64,000 nt of DNA from Actinomycetota bacterium (GCA_040905525.1 JBBDRJ010000006.1:268858-332857), one strand, 5' to 3'; positions 8,229 to 17,603 are shown, counted from the first letter of the stretch. Notes: generated by a model not told the origin, from the sequence alone. Translations and numbers: made by a program.

Positions 8229-8491
8229 GCCGGCTCCGGCTGTTGGTCTCGCCGCGATCGTGAGCGCGACCGCTTGAACGCCAAGCCGGACATGTAGGCC
8301 CGCATCGCGGCCTGGGCGCGTCGCTTCCGCTCCCGTTCGGGGAGTCGGCCGTCTGGATCTACCTCACGCTCGAACCGGGCGAGGAACGCTTCCCGGCCGG
8401 CCTTGGTCGTCTCGCGTGAGTCGTGCTTCGAGTGCAGCGCGTAGGCGCCCATGCGCGCACGCATAGTGCGTTGTGCTGGTGTGAGAGACAT
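8225..8491 (-). CDS. small basic hypothetical protein (88 aa), possible excisionase/regulator
   Basis: ATG start. Arg/Lys-rich. Stop overlaps the HTH start. A hairpin (cgggct…agcccg, ~8505..8535) lies upstream. Confidence 0.45.
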   Translation of the reverse strand: MSLTPAQRTMRARMGAYALHSKHDSRETTKAGREAFLARFEREVDPDGRLPERERKRRAQAAMRAYMSGLAFKRSRSRSRRDQQPEPA

Positions 8492-8562
8492 GCCAAACCC
8501 TTCGGGCGCGGGCTTCCGAGAGCCCGAAAGGTCGGTCTACGAACGACGTGCTAAATCCTAAC

Positions 8563-8997
8563 TCAACCCGAGGACAGAACCTTGGACAGCACCACGCGCT
8601 CGGCGGTCATCCACCGCGGCTGACCGTCATCGAGCACGTCGGTGGCCGTCGCATGGAGCTGATCGATGGTGGAGACGATTTGCCGCTGGCATGAAACACA
8701 GCGTGGCACGAAGCCGACTCGAAACCGCCACGTCCTGTGCTTTCGCTCTCGGAACGTGTGAAGGGTCACGTTGCCGTTGGGGTCGGATCGATCGACGACC
8801 GTCACTTCACTTGCCCACTGCACACGGGCGTAGTCGGCCTGTTGCCAAAGCACGTCGCCCTCCCCCTCCAACCGCATGACGGCGCCCATCAGCCGCGTCT
8901 GATCCCTTCGATGGTTGTGACTCAAACAGTGGGCGTAGACGGTTTCGAAGAAGGGCTGGACCACGATCTCCCCTGGCCACTGGAAGTGGAGCGCCAT
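8563..8997 (-). CDS. hypothetical protein (144 aa) translationally coupled to integrase
   Basis: ATG at 8997..8995 overlaps the integrase TGA by 1 nt. Contains HCLSHNH and a CVSC motif. Only this 3' part of track ORF 8563..9723 is accepted; the rest is out of frame inside int. Confidence 0.5.
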   Translation of the reverse strand: MALHFQWPGEIVVQPFFETVYAHCLSHNHRRDQTRLMGAVMRLEGEGDVLWQQADYARVQWASEVTVVDRSDPNGNVTLHTFRERKHRTWRFRVGFVPRCVSCQRQIVSTIDQLHATATDVLDDGQPRWMTAERVVLSKVLSSG

Positions 8998-9932
8998 CAC
9001 AGCCGGTCCCCCAGCGAGAGCCGCCGGTGTGCGGCGATCGCGCGCTCGCCGGCCGTGGAGCTCGCGTAGCGCCGCACCATCTCGCGGGAGCGCCACCCAG
9101 TGATGCGCATGAGATCCCCTTCCTCGCCGCCGGCGGCCAACCAGTTGTGCGCGAAGGTGTGGCGGAGCTGGTGCGGAAAGACGTGACCGATGCCGGCCTG
9201 CTCGCCGCGGCGCTTCACCATCTGGCGCACGCCCGAGGTTGTCATCTGTCCGCGCGCTCCGAGGAACAGCCAGGGCGAGGCCGCGTGATTGTGCTCGCGC
9301 CGCACGCGCAGGTAACGATCGACCGCGCGTGTCGTCCTGGCGCCGATGGGTAGAGCTCGCGCACGGCCGCCCTTGCCCGTCACGAAGACGAGTCCGGCGT
9401 CGAGGTCCAGATCGCTGTCGTCGTCGTCTGGTATATGGCGCACCCCGACCACCTCGGCCAGTCGCGCTCCGGTGTCGATGAACGTGCGCAGGACGGCCGT
9501 GTCGCGGCGATCGACAAAGCCTCGGCCCCCGCACGTGGCCAGCAGAGCGGCCAGAGCCGCGTCTGAGAGCACGGGGACGGGTTGCTCGGGTACGTGAGGC
9601 GGCGTCATGCGTTCCATGGGCGAGCGCGCGACGTCGCCTTCGTCGGCCGCCCATTTCCAGAACTGCTGGAGGGCCTTGAAGCGGTTGAGGGCCGAGGCCG
9701 GCTTCTGCCGAGTCAGCATCCATTCGAAGAAGCTCTCGAGGTGCTCGCGCGTGATCGAGCCCACGCGCCGCGGCATGCCCACCTCGGCCAGGAACCCGTC
9801 GAGCAGCGTCAGGGCCGAGGTGTAGGAGTAGACGGTGTTCTCGGAGCGGTTGGCGGCGCGCAGGTGGCGACGGAAGGGCCCGGCGAGCTCGGTCAGAGCG
9901 TCGGCTTGCGTCCTCGAAATCGTCCCAGTCAT
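8997..9932 (-). CDS. int: tyrosine-type site-specific integrase
   Basis: C-terminal [12 protein letters not shown]…[17 protein letters not shown] (R..H..R..Y catalytic pattern). Adjacent to tRNA-Pro. Confidence 0.9.
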   Translation of the reverse strand: MTGTISRTQADALTELAGPFRRHLRAANRSENTVYSYTSALTLLDGFLAEVGMPRRVGSITREHLESFFEWMLTRQKPASALNRFKALQQFWKWAADEGDVARSPMERMTPPHVPEQPVPVLSDAALAALLATCGGRGFVDRRDTAVLRTFIDTGARLAEVVGVRHIPDDDDSDLDLDAGLVFVTGKGGRARALPIGARTTRAVDRYLRVRREHNHAASPWLFLGARGQMTTSGVRQMVKRRGEQAGIGHVFPHQLRHTFAHNWLAAGGEEGDLMRITGWRSREMVRRYASSTAGERAIAAHRRLSLGDRL

Positions 9933-10013
9933 GTGCTATTTATACGGAGTGCTAGTGACGAGGACGGGGGCCGGAATGGCAAAGGCGCAGGACAGCGCCC
10001 TTTTCGTCGGGCC

Positions 10014-10057
10014 GCCGGGATTTGAACCCGGGACCTCTTGACCCCCAGTCAAGCGCG
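10014..10057 (-). repeat. attL: 44-bp direct repeat (within/abutting tRNA-Pro 3' end)
   Basis: Identical to 1310..1353. Confidence 0.9.
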
Positions 10058-10089
10058 CTAACCAAGCTGCGCTACGGCCCGTAGGACAG
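10016..10089 (-). tRNA. tRNA-Pro (anticodon GGG)
   Basis: Reverse complement GGGCCGTAGCGCAGCTTGGTTAGCGCGCTTGACTGGGGGTCAAGAGGTCCCGGGTTCAAATCCCGGCGGCCCGA folds as a cloverleaf. Anticodon loop is CU-GGG-GG. CCA is not encoded. Confidence 0.9.
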
Positions 10090-10099
10090 ATGCTACCGG

Positions 10100-10891
10100 C
10101 TAAGCCGGGACGGCCTTGAACCGGAGCGTGATGCGCTCAGCCGTGCGGAACTCACGGCGGAAAGTCGGCTCGTCGTCCCACCGTGTGACCGGCGTCTGCA
10201 CTCCGGCGATATCGAAGACCGTCCCTTCCTCGCGGAACGGATACGGATCGAGAAGAAGATCCCCGTCCCCCGTCCCGCGAGCCACGATCTCGACGTCGCC
10301 TTCGACCGACGCGATCGGCGGCATCTTGCGTTCCGCATTCTCGTCCAGTTGCTGCATGCATACGAGAAGCGACAGCCGGTCCCACACCTGAAGCTGACGC
10401 CAGCCCTCGTCGGCTTCCACTTGCGTGCCGTGCCCGCCGATCCGTCCGAGAAGCTGCTCTTGGCGCTTCCGCTCCCCTTCCACATACGCGGTAGCCAGTT
10501 CGAGGTCCGTGTTCTTCAGGTTCTGGATGCGTGGATCCATACCCGGGAAGAACGGCCGCGTGTAAAGGCGCTCGCCGTGCAGTGATGCGATGAGTCCGGC
10601 GTAGTCGTCCTCGCTTTCCACGAGGTCGATCCCCCGCTTGTACAGAGCCACGTGCTGCTCCACCGGGATGTGTATGAAATCCACCGGGCCCCCGTTGGGA
10701 GCCAGGCGCGGCGCGAGCTCCCATTCGAACCATCCGTCGTCGTGGCGAGCTGCGGCCACGACCGTCGATTCGCGGCGCACGGGGACCGGGATCCGATCAT
10801 TACCCCAGACGTTCGCGAAAGCACCGGACAGGAGTGCATGGTCCGTTTGCCGGAATAGCAGCAGTGCGCCGTCGCGCTCTTGGAGGATCAT
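10100..10891 (-). CDS. conserved hypothetical protein (DUF3891-like)
   Basis: 263 aa, compact ORF. Tentative family recall from the N-terminus MILQERDGALLLFRQTDHALLSG. Confidence 0.5.
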   Translation of the reverse strand: MILQERDGALLLFRQTDHALLSGAFANVWGNDRIPVPVRRESTVVAAARHDDGWFEWELAPRLAPNGGPVDFIHIPVEQHVALYKRGIDLVESEDDYAGLIASLHGERLYTRPFFPGMDPRIQNLKNTDLELATAYVEGERKRQEQLLGRIGGHGTQVEADEGWRQLQVWDRLSLLVCMQQLDENAERKMPPIASVEGDVEIVARGTGDGDLLLDPYPFREEGTVFDIAGVQTPVTRWDDEPTFRREFRTAERITLRFKAVPA

Positions 10892-12201
10892 CCGGCGCGT
10901 TTTCTCCGCTGGCCCGTTTTAGTCACGAAGCGGATCGGCGTTCCCTCGAACCCGAAGCGGCGCCGAAGTCCGCGATCCAGATACCGCAGCCACTGCTCCG
11001 GGATCCGATTAGCCCCGAAAAGAACCACGGTTGGTGGCGACGTCTCGGCCTGCACCGCGTACTTGACGCGCTCTCCGCGACCGGTGGAAGGGATCGGCGT
11101 GCGGGCCTGCAAGTCGTCCACGACGGCGTTGAGGATTGGCGTCGGCACTCGGGTCGAGCGCGCCTCGAGCACCGGAGGCAGGGCCTCGAACAGTCGCGGC
11201 ACCCCCTTGCCCGTCAGCGCGGACAACTCTAGGAAAGGAGCCCAATGCAGGTGTGGCAGGCGGCGGCGAAGCTCCTGCTTATGTCTGGTCAGCTCGTCGC
11301 CGCTCAGCACGTCGACCTTGTTCAGGACGACGACGGCCGACCGCCCGAGCTCCGCTATATCGTCGGCGATCCGCATGTCCTGCCGGGAGATCCCCTCCGT
11401 CGCGTCGATAACGAGCACGGCTACGTCGCATCGCTCGAGCGCACGCTTGGTTCGAACGGTACCGAAGAACTCCGTTGGCTCGTCGATCCGGGCCGATCGG
11501 CGGAGGCCCGCCGTGTCGACGAACCGATACGTTCGCCCCTCGACCTCGACGAGTGTGTCGACGGCGTCGCGGGTGGTTCCGGGTTCATCGTGAACGATGC
11601 TGCGTTCGGCCCCCACCGCGCGGTTGAACAGGGTGGACTTTCCGACATTTGGACGGCCGACTATCGCGATCCGGGGCTCGCCCGATTCCTCTTCTCGCCC
11701 TTGCGGGAACTCATCGGTCAACACATCGAGGAGGTCGCCCACACTGCGTCCGTGCAGCGCGGACACAACGACGGGATCACCCATCCCAAGCGAGTAGAGC
11801 TCGGCGCTCTCACTCTCGCGCTTGGGCGTATCGGCTTTGTTGGCGACAAGCACCACGGGACGGTCCAGCTTCCGGATTACGTCGGCGACGGATTCGTCGT
11901 CCGGTGTAACGCCGGCCGTGACGTCGACGACGAAGGCGACGACGTCGGCCTCGGCGGCCGCCGCGCGCGCGGTATCGGCGACCTTCCCGGCCAGCTCGCC
12001 TTCCGGGTCGGTTTCCAAGCCTCCGGTATCCACGACCAGGAACGGCCGACCACGCCATTCGGCCTGGTAGAGGATGCGGTCGCGGGTGACACCCGGACGT
12101 TCTTCGACGATCGCCTCTCGTCGTCCGATAAGGCGATTCACGAGGGTCGACTTTCCGACGTTCGGTCTGCCGACGACGGCGACTACTGGAAGGTCGGTCA
12201 C
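10888..12201 (-). CDS. der: ribosome biogenesis GTPase Der (EngA), two GTPase domains + KH-like
   Basis: GRPNVGKST appears twice, DTGG appears twice, NKAD/NKVD present. Confidence 0.95.
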   Translation of the reverse strand: MTDLPVVAVVGRPNVGKSTLVNRLIGRREAIVEERPGVTRDRILYQAEWRGRPFLVVDTGGLETDPEGELAGKVADTARAAAAEADVVAFVVDVTAGVTPDDESVADVIRKLDRPVVLVANKADTPKRESESAELYSLGMGDPVVVSALHGRSVGDLLDVLTDEFPQGREEESGEPRIAIVGRPNVGKSTLFNRAVGAERSIVHDEPGTTRDAVDTLVEVEGRTYRFVDTAGLRRSARIDEPTEFFGTVRTKRALERCDVAVLVIDATEGISRQDMRIADDIAELGRSAVVVLNKVDVLSGDELTRHKQELRRRLPHLHWAPFLELSALTGKGVPRLFEALPPVLEARSTRVPTPILNAVVDDLQARTPIPSTGRGERVKYAVQAETSPPTVVLFGANRIPEQWLRYLDRGLRRRFGFEGTPIRFVTKTGQRRKRAG

Positions 12202-13472
12202 CGAGGCTCCAGTGCGTTCATGACGGCGGCGAAACGCCGCTGAGCCTCCACCGTAGCCTCCCGGATGCGCGAGCGAGGGACGATCCCATCCCGCGCGCGG
12301 TCGCCTAGTCGGAACGGCTCCCCCACCGAGGCTCGGATCGTCACGAGCTTGGGCATCTTCCGTCCGGGCGGGAACACGCCCTCGGTTCCACTTATGGCCA
12401 CCGGCAGGATCGGCGCGCCCGACTTCAATGCGATGTACGCGAAGCCTTCCTCGAGCACGTCGAACCGTGCATCGGGCGTCCGCGTGCCTTCTGGGAAGAT
12501 ACCTAGCAGGTCACCGGCATCCAGAACGGCAAGTGACTGCAGGAGCGCGCTTCGATCCGGACGGCCCCGCCGGACCGGAAACGTGCCCGTGTGTCGAATG
12601 AACCAGGCAGCAAACGAGTTCTTGAACAGCTCTTCCTTGGCCATGAAGCGCACGTGACGCTTGGTTACCGCCGCCGCCACAGGGATATCGATCAGCGATC
12701 GGTGATTGGGAGCCAGGATGGCGCCACCACGCTTCGGGATGTTTTCCGAGCCGATCACCTCGAAATGGAATGCAACCTTCAATAGAGCCTTGATCAGGTC
12801 CCGCACGCCGACGTACAGCGCCGGAGCCCGACGCGGCCGCATCAGCTCGAGGATCTTCTCCGCCACGGACTCGGCATCGAGGTCGGATGTGTCGACAATA
12901 ACCGCGTCCCTTGCCGGTCTCATCGGACCGACGGGGCGGGACGCGTCCCTCGAGTCCCGCTCGTGGATCTCGACGGACTCGTTGCCCGGAGTCCCGTGCT
13001 CGGCCGTCCGACGCTGTGCGCGAACATCGGGCGAAGCGTCCAGGAAGAGCTTGATATCCGCGTCCGGCCAAACGACGGTGCCGATGTCCCGGCCTTCGAC
13101 GACGGCGCCTTCTGGCGGAACTAGGCTTCGTTGGAACGCAACGAGAACAGAACGAACCGCGGGGTGTGCGGAGACGATGGACGTGGCCTCACTTACCTCA
13201 GGCGTGCGGATCTCCGGGCCCACGGGTTGGCCGTCGAACTGCAGCACACGTCCGTCGACGAGCCGGCTGCGCTGCATGGTCTCCTTCGCCAGCTCAGCGA
13301 GGGCTGCAGCCTCGCTCGTCGGCACTCCGCTCTGCATCGCCCTCAAGGCGACGAGCCGGTACGTCGCCCCCGTATCGACGTAGGCGAGCGACAGCTTGTC
13401 GGCCAACATCTTCGCCACGGTGGACTTTCCGGAGCCGGCCGGACCATCGATCGCGACGATCGTGCGTTTCAT
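12198..13472 (-). CDS. cmk: cytidylate kinase fused to 1-acyl-sn-glycerol-3-phosphate acyltransferase (Cmk-PlsC fusion)
   Basis: N-terminus IAIDGPAGSGKST (Cmk P-loop). C-terminal half carries NHRSLIDIP (HxxxxD) and FPEGTR acyltransferase motifs. Confidence 0.85.
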   Translation of the reverse strand: MKRTIVAIDGPAGSGKSTVAKMLADKLSLAYVDTGATYRLVALRAMQSGVPTSEAAALAELAKETMQRSRLVDGRVLQFDGQPVGPEIRTPEVSEATSIVSAHPAVRSVLVAFQRSLVPPEGAVVEGRDIGTVVWPDADIKLFLDASPDVRAQRRTAEHGTPGNESVEIHERDSRDASRPVGPMRPARDAVIVDTSDLDAESVAEKILELMRPRRAPALYVGVRDLIKALLKVAFHFEVIGSENIPKRGGAILAPNHRSLIDIPVAAAVTKRHVRFMAKEELFKNSFAAWFIRHTGTFPVRRGRPDRSALLQSLAVLDAGDLLGIFPEGTRTPDARFDVLEEGFAYIALKSGAPILPVAISGTEGVFPPGRKMPKLVTIRASVGEPFRLGDRARDGIVPRSRIREATVEAQRRFAAVMNALEPR

Positions 13473-14773
13473 ACGACCTCCACGTCGGCGCCCAGCTCAG
13501 CAAGGACTCCTTCGAATCCCGGCCACGACACCGCTGCGCACTCCCAGCCCGTGATGCGCGTCTCTCCGTGCGCGACCAAGCCCGCAACGGCCAGGGCCAT
13601 GGCGATTCGGTGATCGCCGGCCGCATCCACTTCAGCACCGTGCAACGGCCGGCCGCCGCGCACCACGAATCCGTCGGGAAGCTCGTGGATCTCCGCACCC
13701 AGCTTGCGAAGGCCGGTCACGAGCGAGTCGATCCTGTCCGACTCCTTCACGCGCAGCTCACCGGCACCCGTAACCGCAGTCTCGCCCTTGGCCTGGCTCG
13801 CAAGCACACCCAGCAGTGGCAATTCGTCGAGGAAACCGGCGACATCGTCGGCCCTCACATCGGCGGCAACAAGATCGGAACGCTCGGCGTTGATGCCTCC
13901 GAACGGCTCTCCCAGCTCAAGGCCCGCTTCCTCCAGCCGCACAGTGGCGCCCATGCGTTGCATCTGAGATGCGAAGCCCGTCCGTGTGGGGTTCAGGCCG
14001 ACGTGGGACATGGATACCTCGCCGCACAAAGCAGCCGCGCCGAGGAGGAACGCCGCCGAGGACACGTCGCCCGGGATCGTGATCTCGAACCTAGGTGGGT
14101 CGAATCCCTCGACCTCGACCTGATGAGCGCCACCTTCTACGCGACGTTGCTTGATCGGCGCGCCCAGCGCCTCGAGCAGCCGCTCCGTGTGGTCGCGAGT
14201 GAGGCTGGGCTCGGTGACGCGGGTTCGGCCGCCGGCGCCAAGGCCAGCGAACAGCGCGCAGGACTTTACTTGGGCGCTCGCGACCTCCGTGTCTATCTCC
14301 GTGCCGACAAGGGCTCCACCAACGATCCTCAAGGGTGGGTAACGCCCACCTTCGGCATCGACGTGAGCGCCGAGCGCTCGAAGAGGCCGGGCTATGCGAT
14401 CCATCGGTCTGCGCCGAAGAGAGGAGTCGCCGTCCAGCACCGACGTGAAGTCGTAGTGCGCGGCAAAACCGGCGAGCATCCGCATGGTGGTTCCCGAGTT
14501 TCCACAATCGAGCGCTCCATCCGGCTGGAGCCACGACCTTCTTCCCTTCCCGTGGACGCCGGCGTCCCCGTTCGTCGTCTCGATCTCGACCCCGTAGGAC
14601 CGAAGACACGCGATGGTGGACGCTACGTCGGCTCCCGAAGCGATGTTTCGGACCATGCTGGTTCCGGTGGCCGCCGCACCGATCATCAGCGCCCGGTGCG
14701 AGATCGACTTGTCTCCGGGCACGCGCGCATTTCCGGACATCCGGCATGGTCCGCGGACGATGAGTGTGCTCAT
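13469..14773 (-). CDS. aroA: 3-phosphoshikimate 1-carboxyvinyltransferase (EPSP synthase)
   Basis: Start at MSTLIV (ATG 14773); the track has an N-terminal over-extension. Contains …GNSGTTMR… and shows EPSP synthase family similarity. Confidence 0.85.
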   Translation of the reverse strand: MSTLIVRGPCRMSGNARVPGDKSISHRALMIGAAATGTSMVRNIASGADVASTIACLRSYGVEIETTNGDAGVHGKGRRSWLQPDGALDCGNSGTTMRMLAGFAAHYDFTSVLDGDSSLRRRPMDRIARPLRALGAHVDAEGGRYPPLRIVGGALVGTEIDTEVASAQVKSCALFAGLGAGGRTRVTEPSLTRDHTERLLEALGAPIKQRRVEGGAHQVEVEGFDPPRFEITIPGDVSSAAFLLGAAALCGEVSMSHVGLNPTRTGFASQMQRMGATVRLEEAGLELGEPFGGINAERSDLVAADVRADDVAGFLDELPLLGVLASQAKGETAVTGAGELRVKESDRIDSLVTGLRKLGAEIHELPDGFVVRGGRPLHGAEVDAAGDHRIAMALAVAGLVAHGETRITGWECAAVSWPGFEGVLAELGADVEVV

Positions 14774-15861
14774 TGCTCGGCCACCATCGTGGTTCGGAAG
14801 CCTTTGCTTTCGAGCAGCTCCGAAGCCCGGCGAGCCGTGTCCCCCCCGTCGAGCAGCACTCGCAACACTCCGCCGCTCGGAGTGTGATCGACCCACACAT
14901 CCTCGATGTTGATACCGCCCTCCCCAAGCGCCGTAGTGATGTCGGCGAGAACGCCGGCGCGATCGGGGATCGCAACTTCGACGACGACGGGATCGACGGG
15001 GGCCCGCTCACCCTTGGCCGGGAACCGCTTCCGTGCCGTTCGCGCGGCCTGGACCAATGCATCGAGCTCTTCCCACTTCCCTTCCGCGACGGCGCTGCGA
15101 AAGCGATCGAGGGCCGACGTGAACCCGTCGAGCTCTCTCACTACCGCGTCACGATTCGTCGCGAAGATGTCCCGCCACACACGCGGGTTGCTTCCCGCCG
15201 TTCGGGTGACATCACGAAACGAACCCGCGGCTGCTTGGAAGAGCCGTGGGTCTCCGTCCTCGCCGGCCAGCGTCATCAGGGCAGTGGCGATGGCGTAAGG
15301 AAGGTGGCTGACCAGTGCCACCAAGCGATCGTGCTCATCTGGTTCGAGCGCGAGCGTCCGCGCCCCCATACCGGTCACGAGCGTGTTCACGCGTCGATAG
15401 GCGTCGGAGTCGGTTGTTTGAGTCGGAGTGAGGATCCAGAGTGCGTCCTCGAAGAGGTCGGTGCGGGCCGACGACACACCTTCGCCCTCGGTACCGGCCA
15501 TCGGATGACCGCCGACGAACGGCCGCCGGGGGCCGAGCAAGCGTTCTGCCTCAGCCACGATTGTGCCTTTCGTCGATCCGACGTCGGTCACTATCGTTGC
15601 GTCAGTCGCATGTTTGGCGAGCTCCGCGATGGTTGCCGGTATCTCTCCAACCGGAGTAGCCACAACGATCAGGTCCGCCGACGCGATTCCGGTTTCCAGA
15701 TCGGTGACGGCCTCGTCCAGGGCTCCAGCCGCGAGCGCCGCTTCGGCGTTCTCCAGCGACACGTCGAATCCCGCGACCAAGCTTCCCGTCGACCGCCGGG
15801 CGGCTAACCCGATGGACCCGCCGATTAGCCCCGTCCCGACGACGAGGATGCGCCCCCTCAA
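14770..15861 (-). CDS. tyrA: prephenate dehydrogenase with C-terminal ACT domain
   Basis: Rossmann motif GTGLIGGS. PDH core followed by an ACT-like tail. Confidence 0.85.
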   Translation of the reverse strand: MRGRILVVGTGLIGGSIGLAARRSTGSLVAGFDVSLENAEAALAAGALDEAVTDLETGIASADLIVVATPVGEIPATIAELAKHATDATIVTDVGSTKGTIVAEAERLLGPRRPFVGGHPMAGTEGEGVSSARTDLFEDALWILTPTQTTDSDAYRRVNTLVTGMGARTLALEPDEHDRLVALVSHLPYAIATALMTLAGEDGDPRLFQAAAGSFRDVTRTAGSNPRVWRDIFATNRDAVVRELDGFTSALDRFRSAVAEGKWEELDALVQAARTARKRFPAKGERAPVDPVVVEVAIPDRAGVLADITTALGEGGINIEDVWVDHTPSGGVLRVLLDGGDTARRASELLESKGFRTTMVAEQ

Positions 15862-15864
15862 GAT

Positions 15865-16230
15865 CTACGCCGGGTCGGGCTGGTCGAGCAGACGGACCGT
15901 GTCGCCCAGATACACCGGTTCCGGCTTTGCATCCCCGTAGTACTGGAGCATCACGCGGATGCAACGCGGCATGGCCAATGAGCTGTGTACGTCCAATTCG
16001 CGTGCGCAAAGTAAAGGGATCCCGTTCAGACCCATCAGACGAGCCGCCGCGGCCGGGAACTCCGAATGGATGTCGTCGGTTGCGGTAAAGAACACGCTCA
16101 CGATGTCCGCTTGATCGATCTGGTTGCGTGCCAGGAGCTCTTTCAGGAGCGTCTGCGTACCCGAAACAACCTTTTCACGGGTGTCCTCATCGATCGCGAC
16201 GGCGCCGCGCACGGCATAAAGACGCTGCAT
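15865..16230 (-). CDS. aroH: chorismate mutase, AroH class
   Basis: MQRLYAVRGAV…, monofunctional AroH-type, 121 aa. Confidence 0.8.
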   Translation of the reverse strand: MQRLYAVRGAVAIDEDTREKVVSGTQTLLKELLARNQIDQADIVSVFFTATDDIHSEFPAAAARLMGLNGIPLLCARELDVHSSLAMPRCIRVMLQYYGDAKPEPVYLGDTVRLLDQPDPA

Positions 16231-16242
16231 GGTTCGGTAAGT

Positions 16243-16968
16243 CTAGGCGTTGCCAGATCTCAACAGATCGATGACCTCGGCGCGAGTGAGCGACCGATGA
16301 TGGCCCGGCCGAAGACGCTCCAAGCCGACGTTTCCGATCGCCGTCCGCTTGAGTGACAACACCCCGAGCCCCAGCGTGTCCATCAGGCGCCGGACCAACC
16401 GGTTCCTTCCTTCGCGCACGGTCAGTTCGATCACCGTTCGGCCGGCCGACGCCGCTCGCACACGAACCTTCTGGGCTCGAGCCGTTCCATCTTCCAGCTC
16501 GACGCCCGCCTCCAGCGCCTTGCGCTGAGATGGCGACACTCGACCCCGGATCTCAGCCACGTACACCTTGGGAACTTCGAAGCGGGGATGCGACACGCGC
16601 TCGGCGAACGCTCCGTCGTTGGTCAAGAACAGTAAGCCGCTGGTGTCACGGTCGAGGCGGCCGACTGGAAAAACTCTTGGTTCGCTGGGAACGAGCTCCA
16701 GCACGGTCGAGCGCCCGTGGGTGTCGCGCGCCGTGGTGACCACGCCAACGGGCTTGTGCAGGGCCAGATAGACGAGGTCGGTTCGCAGATCGACAGGAAG
16801 GCCGTCGATCTCAACGACATCCTCGGTGGGGTCGACCCGCTGGCCGAGTTCCGCGATGCGACCGTTGATCGCGACCCGGCCGGCGGCTATCACCTCCTCG
16901 CACGCCCGCCGAGATCCAAACCCGGCCCGTGCGAGGACCTTCTGCAGTCTCTCGCCCTGCTCGCTCAC
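16243..16968 (-). CDS. rluB: rRNA pseudouridine synthase (RluB/RsuA family) with S4 domain
   Basis: S4 N-terminus RLQKVLARAGFGSRR. Catalytic GRLDRDTSGLL. Confidence 0.9.
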   Translation of the reverse strand: MSEQGERLQKVLARAGFGSRRACEEVIAAGRVAINGRIAELGQRVDPTEDVVEIDGLPVDLRTDLVYLALHKPVGVVTTARDTHGRSTVLELVPSEPRVFPVGRLDRDTSGLLFLTNDGAFAERVSHPRFEVPKVYVAEIRGRVSPSQRKALEAGVELEDGTARAQKVRVRAASAGRTVIELTVREGRNRLVRRLMDTLGLGVLSLKRTAIGNVGLERLRPGHHRSLTRAEVIDLLRSGNA

Positions 16969-17603
16969 TCCTCCGAGGCGGGACCGGCTAACGCGCCGTC
17001 CTGCTCGGCCTCCACCTCGTTGTCCGCGCCCTCGGCTGCCCGGGCCTGAAGAACACGCTCGATCTCAGCGGCTGCCGCCGCGTCCGGTGCGAATGAGGCG
17101 AGGGGCGGAAGCTCCGAAACCGAGCCGAGCCCGATCTTCTCGAGGAACAACGGCGTCGTCGCGAACAACGGTGCTCGGCCGGGCCCGGGATCCCGTCCGA
17201 CCTCGACCACCAGGCCGCGCTCGGTCAAGGTCTGCAGCACCGAGTCGACGTTTACTCCCCGGACACGTGAGATCTCTCCCCGGGTGACGGGCTGACGGTA
17301 GGCGACGATCGACAGAGTCTCGAGCGCCGGTCGCGACAGTCGGCCGACCTTCGCACGATTGGCGAAATGCCCCACGTCATCGGCCAGCTCGGATCTGGTG
17401 TAGATGCGGTAGGCGTCCCCGATCTGGCGCACCTCGAGGCCGCTTCCCCGTTCTTGATAGCTACGACGTAGCGAGTCCACAACGCCGGCCACGTCGTCGG
17501 TGGATACACCGAAGGCCGCGGCGATGTCGTGCGCTCGCACGGGTTCCGGCGTGGCGAACAGGATCGCCTCGACGAGTGCCTCGCTCACCGGCTGTCGCGT
17601 CAT
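16965..17603 (-). CDS. scpB: segregation and condensation protein B
   Basis: ScpB wHTH pattern EAILFA…. Confidence 0.85.
   Translation of the reverse strand: MTRQPVSEALVEAILFATPEPVRAHDIAAAFGVSTDDVAGVVDSLRRSYQERGSGLEVRQIGDAYRIYTRSELADDVGHFANRAKVGRLSRPALETLSIVAYRQPVTRGEISRVRGVNVDSVLQTLTERGLVVEVGRDPGPGRAPLFATTPLFLEKIGLGSVSELPPLASFAPDAAAAAEIERVLQARAAEGADNEVEAEQDGALAGPASEE

Larger units (their letters stand above)
1310..10057. mobile_element. integrated phage-like / satellite-like element (~8.7 kb) at tRNA-Pro(GGG), bounded by 44-bp direct repeats
   Basis: Tyrosine integrase sits next to the intact tRNA, with a partial tRNA 3' copy at the far end. Cargo: HK97-like capsid, tape measure, WhiB and a wHTH protein. 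The 10 ORFs are tightly packed with overlapping start/stop codons. Confidence 0.85.

Noticed and set aside
8998-9723. Upstream part of 386-aa track ORF 8563..9723
   Set aside because: Out of frame inside the integrase gene. Only the 3' 435 nt (orf144, 8563..8997) is accepted.
9835-10041. 68-aa plus-strand ORF
   Set aside because: Overlaps the integrase start and tRNA-Pro. The FVGPPGFEPGTS peptide is simply the tRNA sequence translated.
11245-12243. 332-aa plus-strand ORF
   Set aside because: Antisense to der (EngA).
13166-14887. 573-aa plus-strand ORF
   Set aside because: Antisense to cmk/aroA; Arg/Ser-rich artefact.
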